DNA of 64,000 nucleotides, from assembly GCA_011523635.1 (NCBI GenBank), contig WTGI01000084.1, forward strand, positions 39,745 through 103,744, read 5' to 3'. The notes below the pieces were generated by a model. The model did no database searches and was not told the DNA's origin. It saw nothing but the letters and a program-made list of their open reading frames with translations. The position numbers and the translations under genes were made by a program. The stretch comes from Acidimicrobiia bacterium. Lineage in GTDB: Bacteria; Actinomycetota; Acidimicrobiia; Spongiisociales; Spongiisociaceae. This document shows, in pieces, positions 8,875 to 18,430 of this stretch. Position 1 is the stretch's first letter; each line of letters begins with the position of its first letter.

Positions 8875-9567
8875 TCACCAGAGAGGCCACGGCAAGGGGT
8901 GGCGGTCGGTCGGCGGGTGTGGGTGGGTCGGATCGTGGATGAGCGCCTCCACCCGGGCAGCCAGCGCGTCGGCTTCCTCGTCGCCGAGGAGTTCCTCGGT
9001 GCGGGTGTGGAGCCGACTGCCGATTGCCCGCTCGAGCCTCCTGAGGCAATCCACCATCGTGTCGGGGAGGGCTTGGCCGGAGAATCCCCACATCACGGTG
9101 CGGAGTTTGGGCTCGGCGTGGAGCGCCAGACCGTGATCGATGCACCAGATCCGCCCCGAGCCGTCGGCGATCACGTGTCCGGCCTTGCGGTCGGCGTTGT
9201 TGATCACCAGATCCAGGGTGATGATCGGCCAGAGGCTCGGGTCGGCCTCGTTGATCAGGGGTGCCGGATCGAACTCCTCGTCCACCTCCACGAAGGCCTG
9301 GGCTGAGCCCGGTCCGAACGGCCCGCTGACCGGCACCGTCTCGGGAACGCAATCCAGCCCCGCCGCTCGGGCCAGCTCGGAGGTCAGCACCTCGCGGGCC
9401 GGCAGCGTCCGGCAGTCGAAGTCGTAGAGGGGTCGTTGTCCCTGCTCGGGCTTGTAGACCACCATCCGGCCCGCACGGGTCACCGCCAACAAGGTTGCGT
9501 TGGAAGCGTTCTGGAACCGGCCGATGATCTCGGTGATGTCCCAGTCGTCGCCGGCCGGGCCGGTCAC
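8875..9567 (-). CDS. SCO1664 family protein (PI3/4-kinase-like fold)
   Basis: ASNAT, VVYKP..G.RPL.DF, REV, GPFGPGSAQ, INNADRKAGH, IDHGL, KLRTV.WG; GTG overlaps the DUF3090 stop. Confidence 0.88.
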   Translation of the reverse strand: MTGPAGDDWDITEIIGRFQNASNATLLAVTRAGRMVVYKPEQGQRPLYDFDCRTLPAREVLTSELARAAGLDCVPETVPVSGPFGPGSAQAFVEVDEEFDPAPLINEADPSLWPIITLDLVINNADRKAGHVIADGSGRIWCIDHGLALHAEPKLRTVMWGFSGQALPDTMVDCLRRLERAIGSRLHTRTEELLGDEEADALAARVEALIHDPTHPHPPTDRHPLPWPLW

Positions 9568-10076
9568 CCGGGCAGTCGGTGGCCGTTGCCCGACGGGCAG
9601 TTGTGCCCCTCGGGGTCCTCGGGCAACAGACACTCCGGGCACTGAGCTCGTCCCGAGTGAACGGCCCGCAGCGCCATCACCGCTCCCGCTTTGAGTTGCT
9701 GCGGTGTGATCGCGAAGGTGGCCCTTTCATCGTCGGCCTGACCCTCCAGCAGCAGGGTCATCTGCTCGTCCTCTTCGATTCGCATGGCGATGGACATCAC
9801 CCGGAACAGCACGTCGGTCTCGAGGGTCGGCTCTGGCAGGTCGGCGCCCTGCGCCACCAGGTCATCCACCGGCACGTCGTCATCCCATCCCATGTTCGAG
9901 ATCAAATCCAGGCCTTGCTCGCCGAGCACCGCCGCCTGGGTCTTCTCGAACAGGAACCAGGCTCTCTCGTGTTGCGTCTGGACGAACAGGTAGAAGGCCC
10001 TCTCGCCTGGCGGGCCGATTGCCCCGACTAGGAAAAGGTCCACCGGTCCGAACTGGCGGGAGGATGGGCTGTTCAC
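9564..10076 (-). CDS. DUF3090 family protein
   Basis: GAIGPPGERAFYL, EKTQ, C-terminal GR..CP.C..P.DPEGH.CP..NGH; conserved order phosphatase-DUF3090-SCO1664. Confidence 0.85.
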   Translation of the reverse strand: MNSPSSRQFGPVDLFLVGAIGPPGERAFYLFVQTQHERAWFLFEKTQAAVLGEQGLDLISNMGWDDDVPVDDLVAQGADLPEPTLETDVLFRVMSIAMRIEEDEQMTLLLEGQADDERATFAITPQQLKAGAVMALRAVHSGRAQCPECLLPEDPEGHNCPSGNGHRLPG

Positions 10077-10675
10077 GCGGACACCCCGGTTGTGTTGATG
10101 GAGACCACGGCCGGAGGTTGAGCTCCGTCGATCCTGAGTTCGGAGATCGAGGCGGTCGAGATCCTCAGCCGCTGGAACAGGTCGAGGGCCTGACCGAGGT
10201 AGTGGGCGACTACCAGCTTGATGATGTCCGCGTGGCTCACCGCCACCACCGTCTTTCCTTCGTGCATCCTGGCGATCCGTTCCACGCTTGCCACCGACCG
10301 GTGCTGGGCCTCAGCGAAGGATTCACCGTCAGGGAACCGGAACCGGGAGGGCGTCAGCTGGACCGATTGCCAGGCATCCAGACGACGCAGCGAGTCGAGG
10401 GTCTGCCCGGTCCAGCGGCCGAAGTCCATCTCGGTCAGGCCGGGTTCGACGACGGGCTGCACATCGTGCGGCCGGGCGACCAGGACCGCCGTCTCCATGG
10501 TTCGTTCGATGGGTGAACTGTATACCGCCTCGATGTCCAGCCCGGCCAGCGCTTCGGCGGCGGCTCGGGCGGCCTGGCGACCCCTGCGATCTAGGGTGAC
10601 GCCCGGGGCCCGCCCGGTCAGGCGGTCGCCGGTTTCCGGCGTGGGGGCGTGGCGCACCAGGAGTATGCGGGTCAT
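10073..10675 (-). CDS. Histidine phosphatase family protein (MSMEG_4193-like phosphomutase)
   Basis: LLVRHA, YSSP.ER..ETA, E.DFG.W.G, FPDGES, VSHADIIK. Confidence 0.88.
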   Translation of the reverse strand: MTRILLVRHAPTPETGDRLTGRAPGVTLDRRGRQAARAAAEALAGLDIEAVYSSPIERTMETAVLVARPHDVQPVVEPGLTEMDFGRWTGQTLDSLRRLDAWQSVQLTPSRFRFPDGESFAEAQHRSVASVERIARMHEGKTVVAVSHADIIKLVVAHYLGQALDLFQRLRISTASISELRIDGAQPPAVVSINTTGVSA

Positions 10676-11142
10676 GTGCACGACTGAATCTAGATCGCTT
10701 CGGCGCGCATCGGTAAACGACTTCTCCGGGTGTGGGCCACGAGTGAGGCTCCGGTTGCCGGAAGCCGGGTGACTGCGCAGCCGAGGCACAAGGCTCGAGA
10801 GTGACCGGCGCGGCACGGCGCGCCCCCAACATTCGGCAGTCCTCGGAGCCGGGAGCCACAGCGAGATTTTTCGCGTTCTCGCCAAGACGGTCTGGATCTG
10901 TCACACGTCCCGTATACGTTGCCTATCGCTAAGCACCCACACCGGCCGATGATGTAGAACCGATCGGAACGGCCGGCCCGAGGGAACATGACAGCTCAAT
11001 GGAGCGAACAGCCGACTCCCGGCATCCGGCCGGGCATGGCCGACCACGCTCCAACAGGATGGGTGGTGGCGGGGGAGGGGGCCCGGTGCGGAGCACCGGG
11101 TTTTCGCGAGTTTGCCTCGAATATCGGTTCTTGATGCACAGG

Positions 11143-11246
11143 GCACCATCTATGACGTCCTGATCCTTGGGTTCACAGCACCGTGTGGGCGTTCTGATCC
11201 TCAGGTTCACAGCACCACAGATGACGCCCTAAGCCTCAGGTTCCGG
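11143..11246. repeat. Three degenerate tandem 34-35-bp repeats in an intergenic region
   Basis: gcaccatctatgacgtcctgatccttgggttcaca / gcaccgtgtgggcgttctgatcctcaggttcaca / gcaccacagatgacgccctaagcctcaggttccgg. Confidence 0.7.
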
Positions 11247-11321
11247 ACCGCGGCTGGTGAGTTTGGTAGCCCTGGTCTCGGCCAACCGGCGGTCGTAAGG
11301 CGGTGGAGACAGTCCGGTCGC

Positions 11322-12014
11322 CTAGGAGTCGAGCAACTTGAGACGCGACAGGGGGGTGATGTTGGTGGGGAGGTTGTTCCGGACGCTGTTGACCTGGCGG
11401 GACACCGGGTACCAGGTCAGCTTGGAGTCGGCTAGCGGACCCATGAGCGGCTCGACGGCCCCGGCGGACCGGATGTCCCGGTCCAACCAGAGATCCCAGT
11501 GGTCGCGTTCCAGTATCACCGGCATGCGGGTGTGGATCGGAGACAGGCCCTCGTTGGCGTTGGTCGTGATGATGGCGGCGCTCCGGATCCACTCCCCGGC
11601 TTCCGGATCCCTCCAGGCCGCCCAGATACCCGCAAACGCCATCGGGGAGTCGTCGGCCATCCTCACGAAGTAGGGATGCTTCCCGGCCTCGGTATGGCCC
11701 CATTCGAAGAACCCGGTGGCCGGCAGGATGCACCGCTTACGGCGCAGCGAATCCCGGAAGGCGGGCTTGGTGGCCACGGTCTCGGCCCGGGCGTTGATGT
11801 TGAGCGGGCCCCTCCGGTTGGCGGACCAGTGGGGGATCAGGCCCCACCGGAACGACCCCAGCTGCCGGGATCCTCTGTGCTCGGCCACGGCGTATACGGG
11901 GTCGGTCGGCGCCACGTTGTAGCTGGGTTCGAGACGCTCCGTCATCATGTGGTCCACTCCGAAGTAGCCGACCAGATCGTCGGGCTCGGCGTTGATGACG
12001 TACCGTCCACACAT
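11322..12014 (-). CDS. SOS response-associated peptidase (SRAP; YedK/HMCES-like abasic-site protector)
   Basis: N-terminal MCGRY, YNVAPT, WGLIP, INARAET, RC..PA.GFFEW, IH.RMPVIL. Confidence 0.95.
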   Translation of the reverse strand: MCGRYVINAEPDDLVGYFGVDHMMTERLEPSYNVAPTDPVYAVAEHRGSRQLGSFRWGLIPHWSANRRGPLNINARAETVATKPAFRDSLRRKRCILPATGFFEWGHTEAGKHPYFVRMADDSPMAFAGIWAAWRDPEAGEWIRSAAIITTNANEGLSPIHTRMPVILERDHWDLWLDRDIRSAGAVEPLMGPLADSKLTWYPVSRQVNSVRNNLPTNITPLSRLKLLDS

Positions 12015-12095
12015 CGGTTGCCCAGGTTACCGGCCACTCGCGCGGTCGCCCCGGCAAGGCCGATCGAGATGGACCGGTCACTATCCTGTCCCTCT

Positions 12096-12465
12096 GCGGC
12101 GAGTTCGCCAGACGGCCGCGGTTGCCCAGGGCAATCGAGGAAAGTCCGGACTCCACAGGACAGGGAGCTGGGTAACGCCCAGGCGGGGCGACCCGACGGA
12201 AAGTGCCACAGAGACCAGACCGCCGATGGCCCCTTTCGGGGCACAGGCAAGGGTGAAACGGTGGTGTAAGAGACCACCAGCATCCCGGGAGACCGGGGTG
12301 GCTGGTAAACCCCTCCCGGAGCAAGGTCAAGCAGAGGCGTCGGTGGTCCGCCGATCGAGCCTCGGGTGGACCGCACCGAGGTCTGGCGGTAACGCAGACC
12401 CCAGATGGATGGCCGTCGCCCGCTACAGGCGGGTACAGAATCCGGCTTACCGGCGGGCTCGCCGC
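12096..12465 (+). ncRNA. rnpB: RNase P RNA (type A)
   Basis: GAGGAAAGTCCGGACTCC, GGAAAGTGCCACAGA, GGGTGAAACGGTGGTGTAAGAG, GGTAAACCCC, CAGAATCCGGCTTA; 5' GCGGCGAGTTCGCC pairs with 3' GGCGGGCTCGCCGC; TATCCT -10 at 12082-12087. Confidence 0.97.
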
Positions 12466-12482
12466 AGCCCTGTCAGCCGCAC

Positions 12483-12881
12483 CTAGGTCTGGTCGGTGAG
12501 GCTGGATCTGCTACCGAACGCGCCGGCTAAGTGGCCGATGATGGCGGCGACCAGCGCGAATCCCGCCAGGGTCAGCGTGCCGGCCGGACTACCGGTCACC
12601 AGGCTGAACGAGGCCACCACCGCGTATACCACCAGCGCCGCCACGGCGCCGTGCATGCGGGCGAAGAAGGGTGGAACCAGGCGCCCCGCTACGTAGCCCG
12701 CCACATGCTCGCCCCCGAACATGGCTATGGCCAGGACCGCCCAGGTGACGGTGTCGCCGGTTTCTATGCCGGCACGGGCGCCGAGCCACAGGACGGCCAG
12801 GCCGATGAGCCCGGCGAAGACCATGGATAGCAGGCCTGCTACCGCCCCGAGCCCCACCGCCACCAGGTTGATCGCTCTCAT
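12483..12881 (-). CDS. Hypothetical four-TM membrane protein
   Basis: Four hydrophobic segments with GY.AGR and G..G motifs; start uncertain (12881 or 12932). Confidence 0.65.
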   Translation of the reverse strand: MRAINLVAVGLGAVAGLLSMVFAGLIGLAVLWLGARAGIETGDTVTWAVLAIAMFGGEHVAGYVAGRLVPPFFARMHGAVAALVVYAVVASFSLVTGSPAGTLTLAGFALVAAIIGHLAGAFGSRSSLTDQT

Positions 12882-13031
12882 GACCCGGATCGCTGTCCGA
12901 TCACCGAGCCTGCCTGGATACAACGCTGCCACGCGGGCCGAGCCGGATCCGATGCCGCGATGAAACGCCGGGGCATGGTGGCAGGTCTAACCTGCGATAA
13001 GTAGCTCACTCTCGAACAGGGGAGGCCCGTC

Positions 13032-13673
13032 TTGACTGGTTCACTCAACAAGTACCTAGCCGAGTTGCTGGGGGCGTTCGTACTGATCGGCGTCGGTTCC
13101 ATGGCGATCCTCAGCTCGGGCGGAAGCATCGTTGCCATAGCCTTCGGGTTCGGTCTGGCCCTTCTGATAGCGCTGTACATGTTCGGCTCGGTGTCGGGCG
13201 GTCACTACAACCCTGCCGTCACGCTGGCCCAGCTTATCCGGGGTGAGATCACCGGCGCCGATGCGGTCGGATACATCGTGGCCCAGCTCGCCGGTGCGGT
13301 TCTAGCTTCGGGACTGGTGGCCGCCGTGCTGGGCGCCTCTGCGGTCGGAAGGACTGTGGTGGGGGACGGTTCGGACGTCGGTTCGATCTGGGTTCTGGCG
13401 CTCGAGGCACTGTTCACCGCCTTCCTGGTGCTGGTGATCCTCCGAGTCACCTCGGGCGAGAACGCCACCGCGCCCGTCGTGATCGGTCTGACGCTGGTAG
13501 TGATCCACCTGGCGCTGGTCCCCGTTACGGGCGCCTCCGTCAACCCGGTGCGGAGCCTGGGCCCCGCCATCGTGGCGGCGGACTTCACCGACGCCTGGGC
13601 ATACATCGTGGGCCCGCTGGTGGGTGGTGCGGTAGCGGTCTACGTGGACCGTTTCATCAACACCGAGTCCTGA
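13032..13673 (+). CDS. MIP family channel (aquaporin Z-like)
   Basis: YLAELLG, SGGHYNPAVT, GASVNPVRSLGPA, W.YIVGPLVG; SD GGGAGG before TTG. Confidence 0.93.
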   Translation: MTGSLNKYLAELLGAFVLIGVGSMAILSSGGSIVAIAFGFGLALLIALYMFGSVSGGHYNPAVTLAQLIRGEITGADAVGYIVAQLAGAVLASGLVAAVLGASAVGRTVVGDGSDVGSIWVLALEALFTAFLVLVILRVTSGENATAPVVIGLTLVVIHLALVPVTGASVNPVRSLGPAIVAADFTDAWAYIVGPLVGGAVAVYVDRFINTES

Positions 13674-13674
13674 G

Positions 13675-13699
13675 AAAGGCCTTCCTCCTCAGGCCTTTT
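13675..13699 (+). terminator. Intrinsic terminator after the aquaporin gene
   Basis: AAAGGCCT-tcctcctc-AGGCCTTTT. Confidence 0.6.
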
Positions 13700-13832
13700 G
13701 AGGTACGGGGTCGGTCACCTTCTCCCGGCCCCGTACCTTCCGCCTCCACGCCATCCGTCTCCGGCCGGAGTTCTGGATGCCATGCAGATCCCGCCCGGAT
13801 CGGGAGGACGGACCGCTGATAAGCTTCGCGCC

Positions 13833-14867
13833 ATGACGGAATTCTCCTGGTCGGAGGTGCTGGGAACGATCTCCCGGGGCGGCGACCTCAACCGCACCCA
13901 GGCCCGCCAGGCCATGCGCCAGGTCATGGGCGGACTCGCCTCCCCAGCCCAGATCGCCGGCCTGATCGTGGCGCTCCGGATGAAGGGAGAGACGGTCGAG
14001 GAGATGGGCGGCCTGGTCGACGGCATGGTGGAGGCGGCGGTCCGGGTCGACCTCGGCGACGCCGACCCCGTGGACATCGTGGGTACCGGAGGCGATCGTT
14101 CCGGTACGTTCAACATCTCCACCACCGCCTCCTTTATAGCGGCCGGCGCCGGCATCCCGATCGCCAAGCACGGCAACCGGTCGATGTCGTCCAAATGCGG
14201 CTCGGCGGACGTGCTGGAGGCCCTTGGGGTGATCATCGACCTGCCGGCAGAGAGGAACCGCCGGTTGTTCATGGACACGGGCTACGCGTTCTTCCTGGCG
14301 CCGGTCTACCACCCGGCCATGCGGTTCGCCGGGCCGGTTCGCAAGGAACTCGGCATTCCCACGGTCTTCAACTTCCTGGGACCGTTGAGCAATCCGGCCG
14401 GGGTGCGGAAGTACGCGCTAGGGGTGGCTGACGGGCGCATGGCGGAGCGCATGGTCCGGGTGCTGAGCCTCCGGGGTTCGGAGCGAGCCCTCGTGTTCCA
14501 CGGCTCGGACGGTTTGGACGAGCTCACCCTGAGCGGTCCTTCCGTGGTCTGGCAGCTGGACGGAGGCCAGGTGTCCAGAACCGAGGTTTCGCCCCGAGGG
14601 GTGGGTCTGGGACCGGCGCCCGTGACCGATCTCCTGGGGGGAACGGCCGAGGTGAACGCAGGCATCACCCGCCGTGTTCTGGAAGGCGAACCGGGTCCCT
14701 GCCGGGATGTCACGCTGCTGAACGCGGCGGCCGCCATCGCCGCATCCGGCCGTACGGACGACCTGGCCGAAGCGGTTGCCATAGCCGCCGAGTCGATCGA
14801 CAGCGGTTCGGCCGGCGAGGTCCTGGACAGGGTGGTGGCGCGGAGCCGGGAACTGGCCGCGGGCTGA
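13833..14867 (+). CDS. trpD: Anthranilate phosphoribosyltransferase
   Basis: LRMKGET, DIVGTGGD, TFNISTT, AKHGNR..SS.CGSADVLEALG, FNFLGPL.NP, DGLDE. Confidence 0.96.
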   Translation: MTEFSWSEVLGTISRGGDLNRTQARQAMRQVMGGLASPAQIAGLIVALRMKGETVEEMGGLVDGMVEAAVRVDLGDADPVDIVGTGGDRSGTFNISTTASFIAAGAGIPIAKHGNRSMSSKCGSADVLEALGVIIDLPAERNRRLFMDTGYAFFLAPVYHPAMRFAGPVRKELGIPTVFNFLGPLSNPAGVRKYALGVADGRMAERMVRVLSLRGSERALVFHGSDGLDELTLSGPSVVWQLDGGQVSRTEVSPRGVGLGPAPVTDLLGGTAEVNAGITRRVLEGEPGPCRDVTLLNAAAAIAASGRTDDLAEAVAIAAESIDSGSAGEVLDRVVARSRELAAG

Positions 14868-14940
14868 TCCCGCCAATTCACCGGAGATCTTCATCCGGAT
14901 GGCGCACGTTTACATCCGTCCGATGCTTATCATCCCGGAT

Positions 14941-15690
14941 ATGAGAGGTCGCAATCGAGTGCTGGCCACCGTCCTGGCCGCCGTGGTCGCCGTGGGGGCG
15001 TGCGGAGGCGGCTCGGACGAGCAGGCCACACCCGAACCCGCGGAGCCGGCCACCACTTCAGCGGTGACTACGGCCGCGACCACTGCTCCCAGCCCCACCG
15101 TTTCAGAGGGTACGTCTGCCGAGTCCCCCACGACCACGGCCGCTGCGACTGCCGAGACGACCGTGGCAACGGAACCTGCCGCCACTCCGGAGACGACTGC
15201 GGTCACGGAAACTACCTCCGCTCCGGAACCCACCGCTGCTCCACAGACGACCGTGGCAACGGAACCCGCCTTCGTCCCCGAGGGCCCTCCTATCCCGGCG
15301 TTGACGCTGGAACTGGACGACGGGACCACCTTCGTCACGACCGAAGCCACCCGGCCCGTCCTCTACCTGTTCTGGGCGGAGTGGTGACCGTCATGCCGAC
15401 GGGAGTTACCCGTCGTCGACTCTGTGGCCGCCGAGTACGCCGGCCAGGTGGACGTGATCGCGGTCGCCTGGGCATCGACGTACGACAAGACGGCCTCCGC
15501 AGCCCGCGGATTCCTGAGCTCGGGGGCCACCCGCTGGTTGCTGGATGAGGACAATTCGATCTTCGCCGCCTTCGAGGTGACCTACCAGCCGGTCGGAGTG
15601 TTCGCGGTGAGTGGTGTCGAGGTCAACCGCTGGTTCGGTTCCATCCCCGAGCAGGAGTTCCGCCAAGCAATCACGGACGCCCTGGCGTAG
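14941..15690 (+). CDS. Lipoprotein TlpA/ResA-like thioredoxin with Sec active site (UxxC); probable selenoprotein
   Basis: Lipobox VGAC, Thr/Ala/Pro linker, then PVLYLFWAEW-TGA(15385-15387)-PSCRRELP continuing in frame into ORF 15424..15690 (VIAVA...W.LD...F.V.YQP); SECIS-like hairpin at 15397-15415. Confidence 0.85.
15397..15415 (+). promoter_or_regulatory. Bacterial SECIS-like hairpin
   Basis: CGACGGG-AGTTA-CCCGTCG: perfect 7-bp stem, G at loop position 2, loop 16 nt after the TGA. Confidence 0.75.
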
Positions 15691-15889
15691 CCCCAATTAT
15701 TCATGGATGGGGGTTTGTACGGGTACGGAATGGGAGTTCCGTGTCTTCTGAACTGGGGTTATGGCCATTGGGCCGCCCGATCTTCCGGCCCGCTTTGGAT
15801 CACCGCCGGGTGAAGGGTGGCCACTCGCGAATTATGCGGTCCAAGTGGCCTGATCCAGGTTGGTGTGCTGGGAACATGAATAATCAGGG
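15691..15889. mobile_element. MITE family A, copy 1 (~200 bp, non-coding)
   Basis: TIRs CCCCAATTATTCATG / CATGAATAATCAGGG; flanks GTAG and CTAG; inverted homolog at 23514-23713. Confidence 0.8.
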
Positions 15890-15893
15890 CTAG

Positions 15894-18281
15894 CTACAGG
15901 GCGGTGGCGATGGTGAGGGTGTAGGTGCCCGTTCCATCCCCGAAGCTGGTCACCTCGACGTAGTAGGTGCCTGTGCTCGGCGCCAACCAAATGAGCCGGG
16001 ATGCTGTCGAGTCGCCGTAGTCGTCGTTACCGTCCAGCCATATGCCGTCGGCGTCGTATAGGTCGAGTACGGAGTCTTGGAGGGTTCCGAGGGTTAGGTC
16101 CAGGTCGTAGAACTCCCCCTCTGTGGCTTCGAAGGCGAAGTAGTCGCCGTCGCCCTCGTATTCCATCTCGCCCTCGACGGCCATGCCTAGCTCGACGGCT
16201 GTTGCGTTTGCTGTCGAATTCGGGTGGTCGTCTGTGATGTCCGAGATGGTGATGGTGAGGGTGTAGGTGCCGGTGCTCGTGTCGAAGCTGGTCACCTCGA
16301 CGTAGTAGGTGCCTGTGCTCGGCGCCAACCAAATGAGCCGGGACGCTGTCGAGTCGCCATAGTCGTCGTTGCCGTCCAGCCAGGTGCCGTCGGCGTCGAG
16401 TAGCTCGAGTACGGAGTCCTGGAGGGTTCCGAGGGTCACTTCTATGTCGTAGATTTCGCCCTCTGTGGCTTGGAAGGCGAAGGAGTCAGCGTCGCCTGCG
16501 TATTCCAGTTCTCCTTGGTTGGCCACGTCGAGCTCGACGGCTGTTGCGCCGTCTGCCGAATTCGGGTGGTCGTCTGTGATGTCCGAGACAGTGATGGTCA
16601 GGGTGTAGGCGCCGGTGTCGAAGCCGGTGACTTGGACGTAGTAGCTACCCGTGCTCGGTGCGTACCAGGTTATGTTGTCGTTGCCGGCCTGTCCGGTCAG
16701 CCAGTTGCCGTCGGCGTCGAATATGTCCAGTACCGAGTCCTGGAGGGTTCCGAGGGTTACGTCCAGTTCGTAGAACTCGCCCTCCGTGGCTTCGAAGGTG
16801 AAGAAGTCACGATCGTCTGCATACTCCAACTCGCCCTGGAGGGGCGCACTGACCTCGACGGCTGTTGCGTTTGCTGTCGAATTCGGGTGGTCGTCTGTGA
16901 TGTCTGAGATGGTGATGGTGAGGGTGTAGGTGCCGGTGCCGGGTCCGAAGCTGGTGACTTCGACGTGGTAGGGGCCGGTGCCGGGTGCTTGCCATATGAG
17001 CCGCGATGCTGTCGAGTCGCCGTAGTCGTCGTTACCGGCCAGCGGGTGGCCTTCGGCGTCGTATAGGTCGAGTACGGAGTCTTCGAGGGTTCCGAGCGCG
17101 ACGTCCAGTTCGTAGTACTCGCCCTCTGTGGCTTCGAAGGTGAAGAAGTCACGATCGTCCGCGTACTCCAACTCGCCAGGGACAGACACGCCGATCTCAA
17201 CCGGTGTCGCCTCCCCGAGCAACTCGTCCGAAGGGAGCGCGTCGGCCGCCGACCACGCTAGGTCCGGAACGCAGTCGAACAGGCCGGGGAGGAATTCAAA
17301 GAGCCCGAGGTCGTCGGCGGAGCCCGTGAGGAGGCTTGTCCAGTCGGTGTCGGTTACCCATTCGCGAAGGCAGGATGCTTCCTCCTCGCTGAGGTCTTCG
17401 AGGGTCATGCCGGTTTCCTCGAGCATGGACGAGATGAAAATGTCGGGGGCGCATTCGATCAGATCGGCGGCGAAGCCCATGAGATCGGAGGGGTCGTCGG
17501 CGGAGCCGGTGAGGAGGTTCGTCCAGTCGGTGTCGGTTATCCACTCGCGAAGGCAGGATGCTTCCTCCTCGCTTAGGTCTTCGAGGGTGAGGCCCGTTTC
17601 CTCGAGCATGAGCGAGACGATCAGGTCCCGATTGCAGGCCAAGAACGCGGTGGTGACATCCCCTGTCACCTCCGTGTCATCAATCGACAGGGCCAGCATG
17701 GTGGCAACCACGTCGAGCCCGGCCACCCACTCGGCCAGGCAGGCCTCCGTGTCCGCGTCCAATTCGAATGCCTCGTCCTCTCCCATTCCTGCGACCATCG
17801 TGGAGAGGAATACGGCTTGGGCGGTCTCAGGCGCGAGGCACGAGAAAATCAAGATCACCCACGCCTCCGGTGTCTCTGCCTCCGACATGACCGGCAGGGC
17901 CAGCACCGACTCCAAGGTGTCGCCATCGAACGTGTCGCGGACACACTCCTGCTCGGCTCTGGTAAGAGCGTCGAACACGTCTCCCCATTCGGTGTGGGTG
18001 TCCACCCGGAGATCGAAGTCCGAGGTGGCTCCGGTCGTATCGGGTAGGACCGTCGTCGTGCTGCTCGGCGCGGTTGTCGTGCTGCCCGAAGTCGTTGTTG
18101 TTGGAGTAGTAGCAGTAGTGCTTGGAGTCGTTGTCGTGCTGCTTTCGGCTGTGGAGGTTGACTCCGGCGTCGAGTCGCCCCCGCAACCCGCCAGGGCGAT
18201 GATGACGGCCAGAGCGCCCAATATCGGGATCCAATGGACACGACGAGGCGTCACCGATGACTTCGAAAGACCGCTCGGCAT
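15894..18281 (-). CDS. Acidic surface lipoprotein: Thr-rich linker, Cys-containing helical repeats and 4 PPC (pre-peptidase C-terminal)-like domains
   Basis: Lipobox ALAGC; 2x MLEETG.TLEDLSEEEASCLREW; 4x GE.EY..D.D.F.F.ATEGE.Y...D.TLGTL.DSVL...Y.V.VT.F...G.YTLTI. Confidence 0.8.
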   Translation of the reverse strand: MPSGLSKSSVTPRRVHWIPILGALAVIIALAGCGGDSTPESTSTAESSTTTTPSTTATTPTTTTSGSTTTAPSSTTTVLPDTTGATSDFDLRVDTHTEWGDVFDALTRAEQECVRDTFDGDTLESVLALPVMSEAETPEAWVILIFSCLAPETAQAVFLSTMVAGMGEDEAFELDADTEACLAEWVAGLDVVATMLALSIDDTEVTGDVTTAFLACNRDLIVSLMLEETGLTLEDLSEEEASCLREWITDTDWTNLLTGSADDPSDLMGFAADLIECAPDIFISSMLEETGMTLEDLSEEEASCLREWVTDTDWTSLLTGSADDLGLFEFLPGLFDCVPDLAWSAADALPSDELLGEATPVEIGVSVPGELEYADDRDFFTFEATEGEYYELDVALGTLEDSVLDLYDAEGHPLAGNDDYGDSTASRLIWQAPGTGPYHVEVTSFGPGTGTYTLTITISDITDDHPNSTANATAVEVSAPLQGELEYADDRDFFTFEATEGEFYELDVTLGTLQDSVLDIFDADGNWLTGQAGNDNITWYAPSTGSYYVQVTGFDTGAYTLTITVSDITDDHPNSADGATAVELDVANQGELEYAGDADSFAFQATEGEIYDIEVTLGTLQDSVLELLDADGTWLDGNDDYGDSTASRLIWLAPSTGTYYVEVTSFDTSTGTYTLTITISDITDDHPNSTANATAVELGMAVEGEMEYEGDGDYFAFEATEGEFYDLDLTLGTLQDSVLDLYDADGIWLDGNDDYGDSTASRLIWLAPSTGTYYVEVTSFGDGTGTYTLTIATAL

Positions 18282-18430
18282 TCTCGTCTCCTAAGTCTGG
18301 CTCGACAGGACACAGGTTAAGTCCCGGGAGCGTGGTAGTGATGCACCGGTCTGTAGCGGCGTGTCCGGCGGCTCTATGGCCTTCGTGTCGAACCGGTCGA
18401 GACACCGGGACACGATGCCGCGGAGCCGGT

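Noticed and set aside
11143-11246. Possible mini-CRISPR array
   Set aside because: Units are contiguous degenerate tandem repeats without unique spacers, and there are no cas genes in the window
12015-12090. LexA (SOS) box upstream of SRAP
   Set aside because: No match to the actinobacterial GAAC-N4-GTTC consensus in this interval
15385-15387. TGA as a nonsense mutation (pseudogene) or Trp recoding
   Set aside because: It falls exactly on the redox-active Cys position with a SECIS-like hairpin behind it; TGA is a normal stop in many other genes here, so the genetic code is standard
15894-17200. Near-identical PPC repeats as template/variable regions of a diversity-generating retroelement
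   Set aside because: No reverse transcriptase in the window; all copies are in-frame coding domains, and I saw no adenine-specific pattern
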